DNA of 62,249 nt, the filler included, from Platydemus manokwari (Eukaryota): assembly GCA_037951405.1 (NCBI GenBank). It is 5 parts of 5 records of this genome, joined end to end, with 100 filler letters (N's around TTAATTAATTAA, not from the genome) between each part and the next. Parts side by side here need not be neighbours in the genome. Positions count along the whole stretch, not along the records: positions 1 to 9,043 come from JBBMOY011308206.1; positions 9,144 to 21,976 come from JBBMOY011948049.1; 3 more parts are not named here. One strand, 5' to 3'. Below are positions 1 to 13,770 of this stretch, in pieces. Positions within the stretch are counted from its first letter, which is position 1. The number at the start of each line of letters is the position of its first letter. Both the position numbers and the translations under genes were made by a program. The notes beneath the pieces are model-generated. The model was not told the DNA's origin and ran no database searches. It worked only from the letters and a program-made list of their open reading frames with translations.

Positions 1-72
<72 letters not shown>
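1..72. repeat. (TTA)n microsatellite
   Basis: Perfect TTA trinucleotide run at the window start. Confidence 0.97.
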
Positions 73-74
<2 letters not shown>

Positions 75-174
75 CAAATGATTAAAATAATTCTAACACT
101 TGTTCATATCACCATAATTTAAAAATGATAAAATAAGTATAAATAAAATTTAGATACGATATAATTATACAAAC

Positions 175-3100
175 ATTTTGCTTCAAGGTATCCAAAGATG
201 CAATAGCATCTCTTAATATAGGCATGGCTTCAGCCAAATCAGCTTCACAATCATCTTTGATTTCTTGACTTGCTGCCGCTTTAACATTAGCTTCTTCTTG
301 TTCAGCAGCCATTATTTCCCGTTTGGCTTCAACTTCAACTGTATCTTGTTCAACTTTAGCCAACAATTTATCCGTTTCAGCAGATGTTACAATCAGTTCG
401 GGTTGGAGAGCTTTGAGTTCTATTTGCATTTTACCAACTTCTTTGGCTGCAAATTCCAATTTATCTAAACCGGTCAAATATCGATTCCTCAGTGTTATTA
501 ATTCATTTCGTTTAAAATTTAAAAGCTTTTTAAATGTTTTTATCAATTCCAAGTACGATGTCGGAGTTACGTAATTGAAACGTCGAAGAATGACGAGAAA
601 TCTAAATGAAAAAAAACAATAAATTATAAAGATAATAGACTGTTAAATAATATTGAACTAACTATCATAAAAATAACAGAGTTAATTAAATCTAATAGCT
701 GACAGAATGAATCTTTTTAAAATTTCATAGATTTATGTCAAATATTTCGATAAAAAAGGCTTTTAAAAAATTTTCTTTGCAAAGAAAATAAAATTAAGAT
801 AAAAGATTTTAATTTAGAAAATAATTTGAAATAAAATATGATTTTGGAAACCTTTAATATTTACATTTTTAATTTGGACATTTTAAAGTGATAAAAAACA
901 ATTCAACATATTAATTTCATTACAACTTATTGGCGGACATTTATATTTGATAGGAAAAAGTTTTCATGATGATCAATCATAAACAAGGCTAATAAATTCA
1001 ATTTTGACGACATTGAATGATTTCAATTGAAAATGAATTGATTTGCAAGATTGTTAGTTGTGGGTTGAATAATGTTTCCAGTAAATCATTTGTAAAATAA
1101 AATAATAAATCATTTGAGAAATAAATAAAATAATCAAAATAATACAAATTGGTTGAATTTTAAATTTCGAACTATATAACTTAACATTTCAATGTATATT
1201 TTAATATTATAATATAATGCCATCATTATTTTTGTAAGGATTATTTATGGGTTCTTTCAAACAAGTTGACGAAGTTTAATTAGGTGACGAGTTTAGATTT
1301 AAATCAACAAGATGTTCTCGATGATTCAAACCGTCAATTAAGAATAATTAGTTTCCACCAAGTATCCGACCCTTGCAGATAATTAGGTGCGTATTACTAT
1401 ATAATAAATAAACGAATATAAACGATATAATGTTTTTAAATTTAACTTTTATTCATGATGCAATAAATAATAAAATACAACAATTATTTTAACAGTGAAG
1501 ATGTTGTGACCTGAAGGCTTTGATTAAAAGTTTGTAGAAGGTCTAACTGGCTCCATGCTCCGATATGAAAGTAAAGCAGAATTGATTTTAGGATCCAACA
1601 AATTCGGTTTCGACTTTGTGGAGTGGTATGGATTAAATAATTTCAACTAATCTCCTATTGGATATTGATGAAAGAAAATCAAGAATGTACAAAATATCAA
1701 TGACCATTGTAAGACTGAATAATAATATGGAAATCTCGAGCAGTAAATGTAAAATTCCAATCGATTTTGATGCATTAAATCCAACGTGAGTGAATAATAG
1801 CTCCGAAGTCAGAATATGCTTTCAAAATTATTGTGCTTATTAGACGGGGAAAATTTGTGCGACTGATTATGAATTGATTTAGTTTATATAGTGGTTTGAA
1901 TTGTGGGAATTTGTGGATGTTATCAATCATAAATGCTTTTCCATAGCACTTTTATACGTTGCCATGGTGATCTTAAATTTAAATTCAATTTACTAAAGAT
2001 ACTCCTACTGTTCCCTTGGCAACGTGCATTAATCATATTTTTAATCATATTTGTGTTAAAATTATTTACGTCCACACGAATTTGTTAAAAATTTTAATCT
2101 GATTTTATTTATTATTACGGTATTAAATTAATTATATTTATGTGTTTCTATGACTTTATTTATAATTATATGTAGTCAGTATTGAGAGGCTTACTCTTCA
2201 GAAAGTTTTCGCACAGTTTCATGATAAAATTTGCACATAACAACAATTGATTCTCTTGTATTATCGTCCATTTCAATATCTTCCAGGAATTTATTGGCAA
2301 CCATTTCCAAAGCATCTTCTGGCCAAGCCTAATGTATTGTCAATTATAATCCGTATAATCATATCGAAAAACCAAAACCAACTTGAAACCAATCGATCGT
2401 ACAACAATTGATAAGTGATGGAAACATTCGCAACCTATTCCTAAATGCATCTCCGATCGGACTCATGGCTAGAACAATATGAAGATTTTGTTTGACTCTT
2501 TCAATGAAATAATTGTACATTGCTATTGGAGTAGAATCGATCTTTCTACCCTGTAAATAAGAATATTATGAAGCATACGGGTTAGTGTTTATATTTTATT
2601 ATGACATGAAAAACAATAGCTAACATTATACAAGCAAAAATGTAGATTTTAAAACAGAACTCCTTTCTACAAGAATTGCTATTATTTATTTCCCAATATC
2701 TTATAATCTATCTGTGAATGTGTTAAACAATAGAATGATAACAATTATATAATATAATCACTGATATTGAAAAGAATTTCAAACTGAAATCAAACGAAAC
2801 TGATGAAAAGAATTACTAAGTGATTCCGAAGATCAGAATAATACAAATTACCTTTGAAAAGTGAATAAAGAAATTCATCAAGAGATAGAAAACATTTTCT
2901 CTGGGGAAATCAGTAGACAACACTAATTTCATAGAGATAATCACAAAACCTATCCATTAGTAGAAGTCACGATATTTCCCAAAAAGTATACAATAAGAAT
3001 AAGCACTATTCCTAAGCATTAAAAAATAAATTTGATTAAAAAGTCTCTGATCATCATACAATTCACAGGAAACTATATCTCAAGAGAAATCGAATTTTAT

Positions 3101-6100
3101 GATATACTAAATCATTAAATTACAATGGAATATTTCACCATTATAAAGAGAATTACACATTCAGCAACCAATAAGTATTTGATAGTAAAACAAATAATGA
3201 TAATAAAATAATTTTTAATCCAGGAAAGGTTTTAGTGCAATATAATCGACAGAAATATTAGGTTCTTATAAATGTTTACTTTAATAAAATCATATTTTAT
3301 TACAATGAGCCGCATACAGTAATATTATACATTGATATACATTGAAGCGTAAGTTCATGCAATATAAATCTATAAAAATGATTAAAGCATAAATAGTGCT
3401 CAACAAATTCAATAGCAGCAATTAATGAACTCACTGATTGTTTTTCCTGAAAATAAAACAAACAAATAATATCAGACCCACTTTAGTGTCAATAAAAATC
3501 AATAGTTTTCCACCAATTTCATCTGGTCTGGGAATTTATTTTATTTAACAAAACCCTATTCTATAAATAAAAGATCGGATTTGAAAATCTCATTAGATTA
3601 AGAAATCCTATTTTCAAATATTTGAGTTAGTTTTATTCACGTACTGTTGAATAATAATGATAAATTCTCTTGATTCTTGTACCCGTCGTTATGAAATAAT
3701 GCGTCTTGAAAGGTAAATGGTAGTAAATTCTTTTCCTGGTATTTCAAACTGGGAAAAGTTTTATAAATTATTGATAAATATACTTCCACAAGTAATCGTA
3801 TATTAAAATCTGTTTATAGGAGTCCAAAATTGAAAGAATTCATCATTTAAATCATAGATTTCCAAAGTGGGTGCTACAAAGATCCAGAGGGTCGGTGGTG
3901 AATACAATCTCTTTTTAATATATTTAATGAAAAATATAGTAACATTAAGATTTTTTTATAAATTGCAACTAAAAGTTTTAAACAAATTGGTGTGGGTTAG
4001 TTTAAGGGTGCTAAGTAATATTAATTCTGAAAAGGAGGCGGTACGCCCGAAAAATTTGGGAATCACAGATTTAAATAAAGGGAATTTATCTCTTGAGAAA
4101 TTGAGATTAAAAAATAGTATGGTTGTTGGAAAAGGGTTTTAATCATTAAATGAATAAGGTACTTTAGATACTGCTGAACTAAGCGTCGGAAGGTCTATGA
4201 TATTCCATTAATTACTTAAGATAATAAAGCAAAAAATATTGAGTTGAATGATTGTTGAAATCTCATTTTTAACTGAAATTGAGTTTTAAAAAATCCAAAA
4301 ATAAAACGTTATTAAAATCTTTAAAAGGTATAAATGTGACACTTAATTAAAATTTTTATAAAAATCCAATCTACGATATTTTTCTAGATTAAGAATTCTA
4401 TTTCGATTCTTTTTATCATTTATGTGGAGATTAAATATAATAGAAACCATTAACAATACCTCGATTCTAGAAGCATTTTGCATTTTTTCTAAAATTTCTG
4501 CTTTCTCATCAGACGGATATAAATTTGGAACATCGCCAGTGTTGAGAAGCATTGAAATATCTTCCATAAATGATTCTTGTTTGATTTGATTGTCAGAAAA
4601 CAGAAACACAATAGGCTTGGCATCACATCCAGCTTTGATCAATAATCGTTTCAAATCATCTCGCCATTCATTTTGACCATAATTTCTAGTGATTTCAATT
4701 GCAAACAACTCATAATCCGCCATAAAAGAAGCAATTTTTGTTGCACTCTGTCTGCCGCTACCACCAATTCCTTAAGATGAAATTTAAAGATATTGGCAAC
4801 TTGGTATAACCATTTCAACATACCAACTAACAGAGCGTGCCCATTGTCTTGTTTCAATACTCTGCAAACTCGTGAAATGTGTTCCATTGCAAACTGAAAC
4901 ATCACCAAACTCATTGGAGCTTTACTGATAGCGTTGTAATCATCAAGAAAAGCTTCCATTCTTTTGGCGAGATCTTTAATATTGGTGATTTCATCGTAAA
5001 TTTTATCATCAGTCATATAGTCCCCAAATATTAATCCTCTAACATCTTCATCGACAACTTTTCCGCTTAAACTGAGATGTCCAAGAATTTTCTCTATGTT
5101 CGTCTTGAAACAATCCGAAGTGGTTTGTTTAACAATTTCATAAAATTTTAACCGATCTTCTTCCATTGTTAGCCGATCATAAAATACTCGATAAACCTAC
5201 GTTATAAAATGTTGATAAAATTTTTGATTTGTAGGATTTGGTTTTACTTCGTGAACCCACAGTCTCATTAACTTGTCACCGTTATCCATATTTGTGTGCG
5301 GCACTAAAAGAACGCCTTTTATAACCCTTGAGAAATCTCTCAAATTGAAAACATAATGCGACTTAGCTGGCGTGGGTAAGAAGCTTGATATGGCTTTCTT
5401 GTAAACGTTCATAGTTGATGCCACCAATAACTGGAATAAAATGTGTTAATTGATATCAAATTTAATGATAATTTTCACTTTTCCTAAACGACTAAAGACT
5501 GAATCAAATCCATGTTCAAAATGCCAATCGACTATGGAGGTGAAGATTCGAATCATTGTATTGTCACTGAATTCATTTACACCCAAAACGTTGAAATGGC
5601 GCACCATACGAGTACTGATATCGTTTCTTCCGCCACCTGGAGGTCCCATGGCCGAGAGTAAAAGCTTTAGATTAAAGTAGATTGAATAATGTTCTCATTA
5701 TTTTTAATAATAATAAAAAATTACCGTATCAACTAGCAATAATTTGCTCGTATCCTTGCGATCGAACCAATGTCCATGATCAATCCATTGTCTCAATAAT
5801 TCGATTGGTGGTTGTGCTCCGTACTTCTCCTTTGCAGGCATATTTAGATCATCGACAAATACTACACATCTTTTTTCAGGAGGAGGTCCAAACACCCCTT
5901 TACGACGCCTATCCAATTTAGACATGATTATATCTTGAGTCTGATTAGCAGATGTTCTTGCTGAAAAGTTGATATTGTTAGCTAAATATCTATCTTTCGG
6001 TAATTGCACTAGGTAATTGTTTATCAAAACAGATTTTCCAGTTCCTGTTGGCCCAACAAGAAGCATGGGCACCTCATGGCTTAGATACAAATCCAGAAAA

Positions 6101-8857
6101 AAAGTCTGCCTAGCTGTTTCCGATGTAGGAATGATGATTTCGTTGATTTTGGCTTCTGCAGAAATAATGGTGTCTTCTCTATTAATAGTATTTATCCATT
6201 CTTGCCAATTTCCAGATGATTTCTTTTCAAAACAAAAATCATAAATAGACAATCGTTCAGGAAAAGAATTGCTTTTCGTGAGTTTAATAGACTTCGGTTT
6301 TGGATATGCGGGATTTATTCCACCGGTCAACTCTCTAAAGAATACATCGAATTTAGTGCGACTTGATTCAATTAGTGACGATCCAATAGACCAAACAAAT
6401 GAAAATAAGAAAAGTCCTTGCAACCAAAGATAAATGTTTTGAGCTGATATTATTTTTACATCGGATTCCTCAATAGTCTCGACTTCTTCGACCGATGGCT
6501 GATTTCTAATTTCATCTAGCAGTGAATGGAATAACCTCTGTAATTGGACGACATCATGAATGTCTGAAGTTTCGACTAATTTTTTGCACTCGTGTCGAAT
6601 AAATTCCAAACAAGGATCAACTAACCATTCGAAAAGATCTCTTATCAACTGAACATGCTCTTCATTTAGACAAGTTGGTAATTCATATTGAATAAAAGAT
6701 TCCATAAAAGGTCTCCAACCTAACTGTGCAGGTTCCATATAAATCATTCCACACCTCGATACCGTTGCAGGTGATGCTTGTTCAAGATCAGCAGGTTCAA
6801 AAATCAAATTCATTTTGTTAGACATCTGGATAATTTCTCCGCTCATTAAACACAATTTCTTATTATCATCCAAAACAGTATTCATGTTCTCAATCCATAC
6901 TGCATCAACTGGCCCATCAAACATTAACCATTTCCGTCTGTCGTCTTGAGCAATTGCGAATTCTCTGAACATTACAGCTAAAACCCCATCAGTCCATTCA
7001 TGAGAGACTGGATCAAATTGTCCATACAATTGACCCATTGTTATTGCTTTTGGATTGATAATTCCATAATCGACTTTATATTCTTGCATCATACCATCAG
7101 TTGCAATATCTGTCAATGCAGAAGCTAGTGTTTGATAAGCTTGAGTCTTACCACCAAATGGTTCACCGACAATCATGAGACCATGTCTCACAAGAATCAT
7201 TTCATAAATTTGCAAAATCTTATCAATATACCATTCATTGTGCTGTAATTTTCTTTTTGTTAAATTCTCTCTAACAGCAGAAAAAAATATATCAAAATCT
7301 GCTTGGGGAAGTTTAACCCCTGGGAAAAGATCCGATATAATTCCTTCAAATAATGGAATATCTTGTGATAAAAATTTTGGTAAGTTGACATCGTTGATTG
7401 CTTTCAATAATAAAATCGATTCATTTTCTGTGTCGGGCATTTTTTGACGTAAATTTCCGGCAGCTGTCAAGACACTTTTCACAGCACGCATTCCATAATC
7501 ATAATGGTGTTGAGAAGATAATTGTTCGGAACACAATCGATAAGTTGCCACAATTTTGCTTGCTAACCTAAATATTATGATTGAAAATTATATTTCATAA
7601 TATTCTTTAACTATCATTGATACTTCTAAAAATATAAATAAGTAAATATGTATTTAGAATATTAGTAATGTGATGGTTTGTTTATTGAAGAGAAGCTTTT
7701 TATAATAAAAGTAATACAAATGTGAAATATTATAGTAATAACAATTATTGTAATGAAATAACTTACGCTCTTGCATCTACAAATCCCATAGAATAGAGAG
7801 AGATTTCACCAATGAGTGCATAATCTGGAACCATCATAGCAACGCTACGAAACAGAACCTAAAATCTCTTAATCAAAATACAATTCAACGAAAAGTCATT
7901 AACTTTTAAATTATCGGGAAGTTCTTGCCTGCCGGCATATCCAGGATTCATTGTGATAAACATTGTGCAAGTAGGATTCAGACTGAGCTCAGTACCTTCA
8001 AAAACAAACCTTTTGAGACCTTGGGCAATAGCTATTTGAATGCTTTGAATTTGTTGTGCTACTACTGACAACACTTCTAGTTCAATACGATTGAATTCAT
8101 CGAAACATGCCCAAGCACCTGCTTGAGCTAGACCTTTAAAGAACTTTCCCATTGCCTTATAGTCAAGGCCGTCCGAACAATTAAATACAACACATTGTTT
8201 GGCTATTGCTTTAGCAAGATCCTGATTTGATAAATATTGATCAATCAACATAGATATTTTAAACAGTTTTAGATAATAATATCAATATTTATAGAGATAT
8301 TTATAATTCGAAAATTGCTAAAATTTACTTTGCATGTTTCAGTTTTCCCTGTTCCAGCTGGACCTTCTGGAGCACCACCCAAATTAAGCTTTAATGCACT
8401 CATTAAAGTTCGGTAACATCGATCAGTTAGAGGTGTTATGACAAGTCTAGGCGTATTACCCAAATATTCATTACCATACGCCAATTCTGTTGATATCTGA
8501 CACACATACACTTCACCACCACGATCGTAATATCTCAATTGACTCAACCATTCGAAAGCATTTGAAGATTCCACACCGAGTTTTGCCATATTATCCACTA
8601 CATCTCGAGCTATTTAGAGAAGAAAATCGAATACGTTACAATTAATTTTTAATGTAGCTCATCTCACCATGAACATCAATCACAGTAAGAGCTCCAAGAG
8701 TTATTCGTTCACCACTGGCTAAATTTCCTCGGACCAATTTTACGATTTCATCAATTTGAACGTTACATTTTTGAAGATAATCTTTCAAACCATTAGGTAC
8801 TCCTATAGCTTCTGTCACTTCTTTTGTCCAATAAATGCATGATACACATATTACAAT
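175..8857 (-). CDS. DNAH3: Axonemal dynein heavy chain, DNAH3-like; partial (AAA1-AAA4 and start of stalk), both ends outside the contig
   Basis: Exons joined manually at GT..AG with consistent phase: 8857-8668, 8609-8329, 8221-7904, 7858-7767, 7567-5725, 5664-5479, 5430-5248, 5196-4824, 4770-4460, 2550-2383, 2328-2195, 601-175. P-loops [33 protein letters not shown]; motifs [58 protein letters not shown] and [14 protein letters not shown] match DNAH3 as recalled; DNAH7/12 are the alternatives. Confidence 0.9.
1550..1930 (-). mobile_element. Decayed LINE (CR1/L2-like) RT C-terminal fragment in dynein intron
   Basis: Frameshifted minus-strand peptides [34 protein letters not shown] follow the order of the CR1-type motifs DLGV..KA..F..RD..LEY.S. 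Confidence 0.4.
1958..2023. promoter_or_regulatory. Tandem RFX X-box motifs in DNAH3 intron
   Basis: GTTGCCATGGTGAT (1958-1971) and GTTCCCTTGGCAAC (2010-2023) closely fit the RFX consensus GTTNCCATGGNAAC; GC-rich motifs in an AT-rich intron of a ciliary gene. Confidence 0.6.
3853..4068. mobile_element. Non-autonomous hAT-type MITE (216 bp)
   Basis: 8-bp direct repeat ATTTAAAT at 3845-3852 and 4069-4076; degenerate TIRs CATAGATTTCCAAA / TTTGGGAATCACAG resembling Charlie-type CAGTGATTCCCAAA. Confidence 0.7.
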
Positions 8858-9043
8858 CTAAAATATAAGAATGATTTCAAATAAATTATTGAATTTGCTG
8901 TTCATGTAAAAGAATATTAAATATTAACTAAATATTAATTAAATATTAACGTTCAACAAAAGATAATTTAAAATCTAGACTATTTTATAATGCTATAATA
9001 TTGATTATTATTGTTGTAATTATAATGATAATAATTATTATTA

Positions 9044-9143
9044 NNNNNNNNNNNNNNNNNNNNNNNNNNNNNNNNNNNNNNNNNNNNTTAATTAATTAAN
9101 NNNNNNNNNNNNNNNNNNNNNNNNNNNNNNNNNNNNNNNNNNN
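9044..9143. other. Artificial contig spacer
   Basis: 44N + TTAATTAATTAA (stop in all six frames) + 44N. Confidence 0.97.
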
Positions 9144-12100
9144 TTTCAAATTGCATTAAATTTTTAAAGATTTACTTTTATAAAATTATATTAATTATAT
9201 TAAATTATATTATATTATTTAAATACATAATTGGGTTTCGTGTCTTTTCAGTTCGTTTTCGATGAGTGTTTTATAAAATAGTGGCGGGTTACCCTTACCA
9301 AGCCTTTAATTTTTGCCATAAATTCAATATTCTCATGTTTCAATGCTTAAGCACCGCCCATATAGATTTCGATACAACTGGGCGATTTAATTTATTGGTG
9401 TTGAATCTCTAAATTATTCAATTTTTAGCTAAAGCCGGAATATATATGAGCAATCAATTGAAACACTGAGTTTTATTTTACGTCTGAACTGAATTCACGT
9501 GCAATTTTTTAGATGAACTTTAGAAGTACTGTTTGGCAATAATATTCATATCAAAAATCTTAGAAAAAGTATTGTATAATGTGCAAATGTTATGTTATTT
9601 ATAAATATTCTACTAATATTTTTATCACCAGAACCGTTTCCAAAATTTTTCAAAAAATAATCTTATCAAAAATATGAAGACATGGAATTAATTTAAATTT
9701 TGAAATTTTTTATAAATCTTCAAGATATTTAAATAAATAGACAAGAATCTACTTTGACGAAATAATTTTCAATTCCTGTACCCGTAGTCAGTTTTTTGTT
9801 ATTCTTGAAAACTATTGTTTGTATTTTTTGTTTATACATTAATAAAGTAAAAAATTTTCACTATCATTAAAAGAATTTTTTGAATATCTCTCGCATTTTG
9901 TCAGGTTATGGATAAAGACTATCCGTGACAATAGCTCAGTTAAGATTGATAATAAATTTAAACCCCATTATCATATGTTGTGTCTAAATGACGTATTTAT
10001 TCCTTTGGGAAAATTATATTAACCCTAATTTAGCACTAAATTTTAAAAATACTGATTTAGTTTCTTTAATAATTTTACCCCATTCCAAAGAAAATTCAGC
10101 AAGTATACATCATCAAATAAGACATTAAAAGTACTTAATCCATGGGTGTGATAGAACTGTTGATTTGGAACAGAAATGCAATTACAAAAAAGTCATCAAG
10201 TTTACATAGTAAGTGAGAACGAATTTGAATATATTAGCTGCCAGTTCGTAACCATAACTAAGGAACTGTGAATAATAAATATATATTATTATTGAAATTA
10301 TTTTTGTTAATAAAGTGCATTACAACAACTTCAAAATATTTTATACATTGATACAGCGATGCTTAAACGACATTACATAAGAGCGGGTTAACCTGTTATC
10401 ATTGGATTTTAACACATACATTAAGCAAGCACTCATACGTTCATACTTTCCTTACACTAATGAACAAAAAGGGCTATGAAGCCAGTGTATTAATGGACCT
10501 TTAAATGAAGTTTCATATATCAGATAATTTAATACAATTAAAATGTTCGTTGTTAATAGACATTTTGAGTTGAAATATTTTATTAAATATATACATAAAC
10601 TACAATATATTTGATATTAGCTATTTATTTAATTGTTTTAGATGATAACAGTAAGGTTTAGAGCGAACATCTTATGTTTATTTTATCTTAAAACTGTTAC
10701 ATATTTATGGCACGTCTATCGAAACAAAGGAGGTTGTTACAACACATCGGTGATATAGTCTAGCTAATGTTTTTATCAACTTTTTAGAACATTTTGAATT
10801 TTATGAGGATATTTGTAATACATTTTGCACTGTAACATTATTAATAAAACCATTTACTTCTAGAAAACGGAAAGGTGCATTCAATGCTAAGCAAATTCAA
10901 TTTCTAAAAAACTATCGTCCCAAACGTAAATTTAAAATGCACTCCAAAGACAAATGTAATATGGTTTGATAAATTACCTACCCTAATAATATGATGTAAT
11001 TTATAAAATATAAATATATATATTCATGATATATTTATATTGATAATTACTTTGTGTTTGTTAAAAATACACGATGATTTGCCAGTTATTTCATGATTTT
11101 GTGTAATTTTGCAGGAAGATTTATTTGCTGACAGCACTGGTTGTAAATCAAATTCTATTTAGTTACACATATAATTATTAGGCTTGCGTAATGTGTCTTG
11201 GTTAATAAAGATTGATTTAGAGTGATATTTTGTTTGAATAAATGTTCGATTTTTATTTTGTAATTTATTTCTACTTTTTATGTTAGTTAATCTTATAAAT
11301 TTTATATTTAGTTTATTTTTATACAAAACACGTTTTCTGAAATGTTGAATGTAATTTCTGTCTCAAATATCGTTTATATTAACGTCTTAATTTTTTTGTG
11401 GTAATAAATTTGAATATTATATAATGCCTACTAACTTAAGTGTCATGTCACGTTTTCAACAAATCAGGTGGTATCTTTAGGTATGACATGAATTCACTTC
11501 AAATTAGTTTATGTGATTTATCAATTCTTCAAACATTAATAAGTATGCTCGTAATTGCACATACCAGACAATAAAAATATACCTTAATGAAATTGCTAAT
11601 GATTTTTAATACACATGAATTCATAAAACAGCATCTACTCAGCTCAATTTGGATCAGTACACTGTTAGGTGTAAAAAGGAAAAATAAATAGATTTGCAAA
11701 TTATAAGCAGGACATTAGTTTAATTGAAAAAATATGCGAAATATTATCGAACAATTTGAGATTTAGGTTATTTCCAAATTAATAGAACAACTGTTGGAAA
11801 TCAAATAGTCATTATGATAATTGTGTCATGGTTCACAAAATTTTAAAATAACATTTGACAACTTTTTCGACTTTTAGATGATAATTAATTTTAAAGTTGT
11901 GTTAAAACCGGAATTGTTGGTTCATTGTTTGGGCAATTTATGGATCTAAGAAGTCAGATAAACTACTTCTATTCACTAATTTGAAAATTAATCAATATAA
12001 TCTGCTACAGATATATTGAACATTGAAAGCAAATTAAGAAGTAAATCAATACCAAAATCTTGACTAACTACAATATTATCAATGCTCAATTATTGGTGAA

Positions 12101-13519
12101 GTCAAGAACCCGTTGTTGTTAGCATCGACCAGAAACCCAAGAATTATAACGAAATTTTTAGTTGAAGTTTAATTATATTTCCAAATATTTTTTGCTTCTA
12201 TTAAGTTTAACCCATCGTACGTTGATTATAGGTGATTTATCACAAACAGTTTCTCCATTTATTTCATTTTCGAATTGTTAACAAAGTCTTGAAATTCAAA
12301 TCATTCGTCGTTTCTGTAATATTTATTATCAGCTTTTTGAGAGTCATTTATGTTGGAAATTAAAATAGCGAATCATTACCTAACACAAATATTTAAAATA
12401 TTATAAGCTTCATTTCAAAAAATAAAGCTTTATCTTTCTAAACTGTTTATAAAGTCATTTTTGTTAGTAAGTTAAATGAACGAATATGAAATCGAACTTA
12501 TTAATTCGTTGGTTAATTGGATGTATAATTTCATATTTATATGGTCATCATGACAATGTATTTTTTGGGTTTGCATTAGTTTTTTTTTTCATTAATATTT
12601 TAAGTTTATATAATATTTAGCAAATTAAACATTGTTTTGTAGATTATTACTTTTGACTAGTAATATACAGTATATACCTATATACTATGTGTTGAGAAGC
12701 GCGTATCGACAATTCATGCTAACAATTTGTACAAATACAAATCGTTCTATAAATAGGAAGAATCTGCGATATATATATTAATGTGATTTTAAATGTATAT
12801 TCTTACTGTTTGTTCTTCCGGTAGAAATAGTGTGCATATCCTGATCCTATTTCCAGCAATAAATGGTCTTCAATGTTGCGTTCTGGTTTTCCTTATAACA
12901 ACTGTGCATATAATGACTGCGGTTACCTCCCTGAACAGGTAATGGCGAGTCATCCACAGTTAATTCTACAAATATTCACTCAACGCAGCGCATATATGTC
13001 TATTGCACTGAAATTTATTGTGACAGTGAGAAATTCTGTTCAATTAATTTCACTATAGCAGAGAGAGATTCTTTGCGATTAAATGTATGGCTATTTTATT
13101 TTATTTTATGCATGGATATTATTTTATTCTAACCAAGGATTTTATTTACTGATCGCGATAACTTATTCTACTCGATTATTTCATCAATAAATTCATTATT
13201 GTTTTAATAAGTCAATTTATTATATGGTAATTTTAATGAGTTCAATTTGTTTATATTGATGCTACGTTTTTATTAATTATAAGAACTATTGTTTGAAGTT
13301 TAAATTATATAAAATTATATTATATTTCAGTCGGTCGCATAATCTCCTTGAATTCACCTAAACATGTATTACATTAAAATTTCATGCATAAAATGCTTTT
13401 ATATACTTCAAAAATTGTATACTGATATACATAATTATTGTCAGATTAAATTGTCAAGAGACCCAAAACCCAACATTTATATCTTATATTCATATCTTTA
13501 AAAATTAGTTCATTATAAA

Positions 13520-13770
13520 ATTTTCACAGTAACACCAATTTTCACCGTATTTGCACTTGCTGTGAATAACATCTTTTATAAAAATCATGTTCATGTCCAA
13601 ACTACTTATATAATTCAACCATTTTTGAAATTATGGTATTATTGGACTTCTTGTTTTAAGGAAGATTTTACCATACGGATAATAGTTGAAATACTGACAC
13701 AAATAACATATGGACGGTAATTCTTTCCTAGTGATGCAATATCCTTTTTCATTTTTTTCATTGTATTGGG
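13520..13770 (-). mobile_element. Ty3/Gypsy pol relic: RNase H
   Basis: Minus-strand EKGYCITRKELPSICYLCQYFNYYPYGK...FQKWLNYISSLDMNM resembles Gypsy RNase H (Y..TxKELLA..F..YLYG...W...L). Confidence 0.75.

Noticed and set aside
265-7447. Short plus-strand ORFs overlapping the dynein exons (likewise those inside ARL6, ABCA and the 798-aa ORF)
   Set aside because: Antisense shadows of real coding exons.
9088-9099. Recurrent TTAATTAATTAA palindrome
   Set aside because: Synthetic six-frame stop linker, not biological; not a CRISPR or other array.
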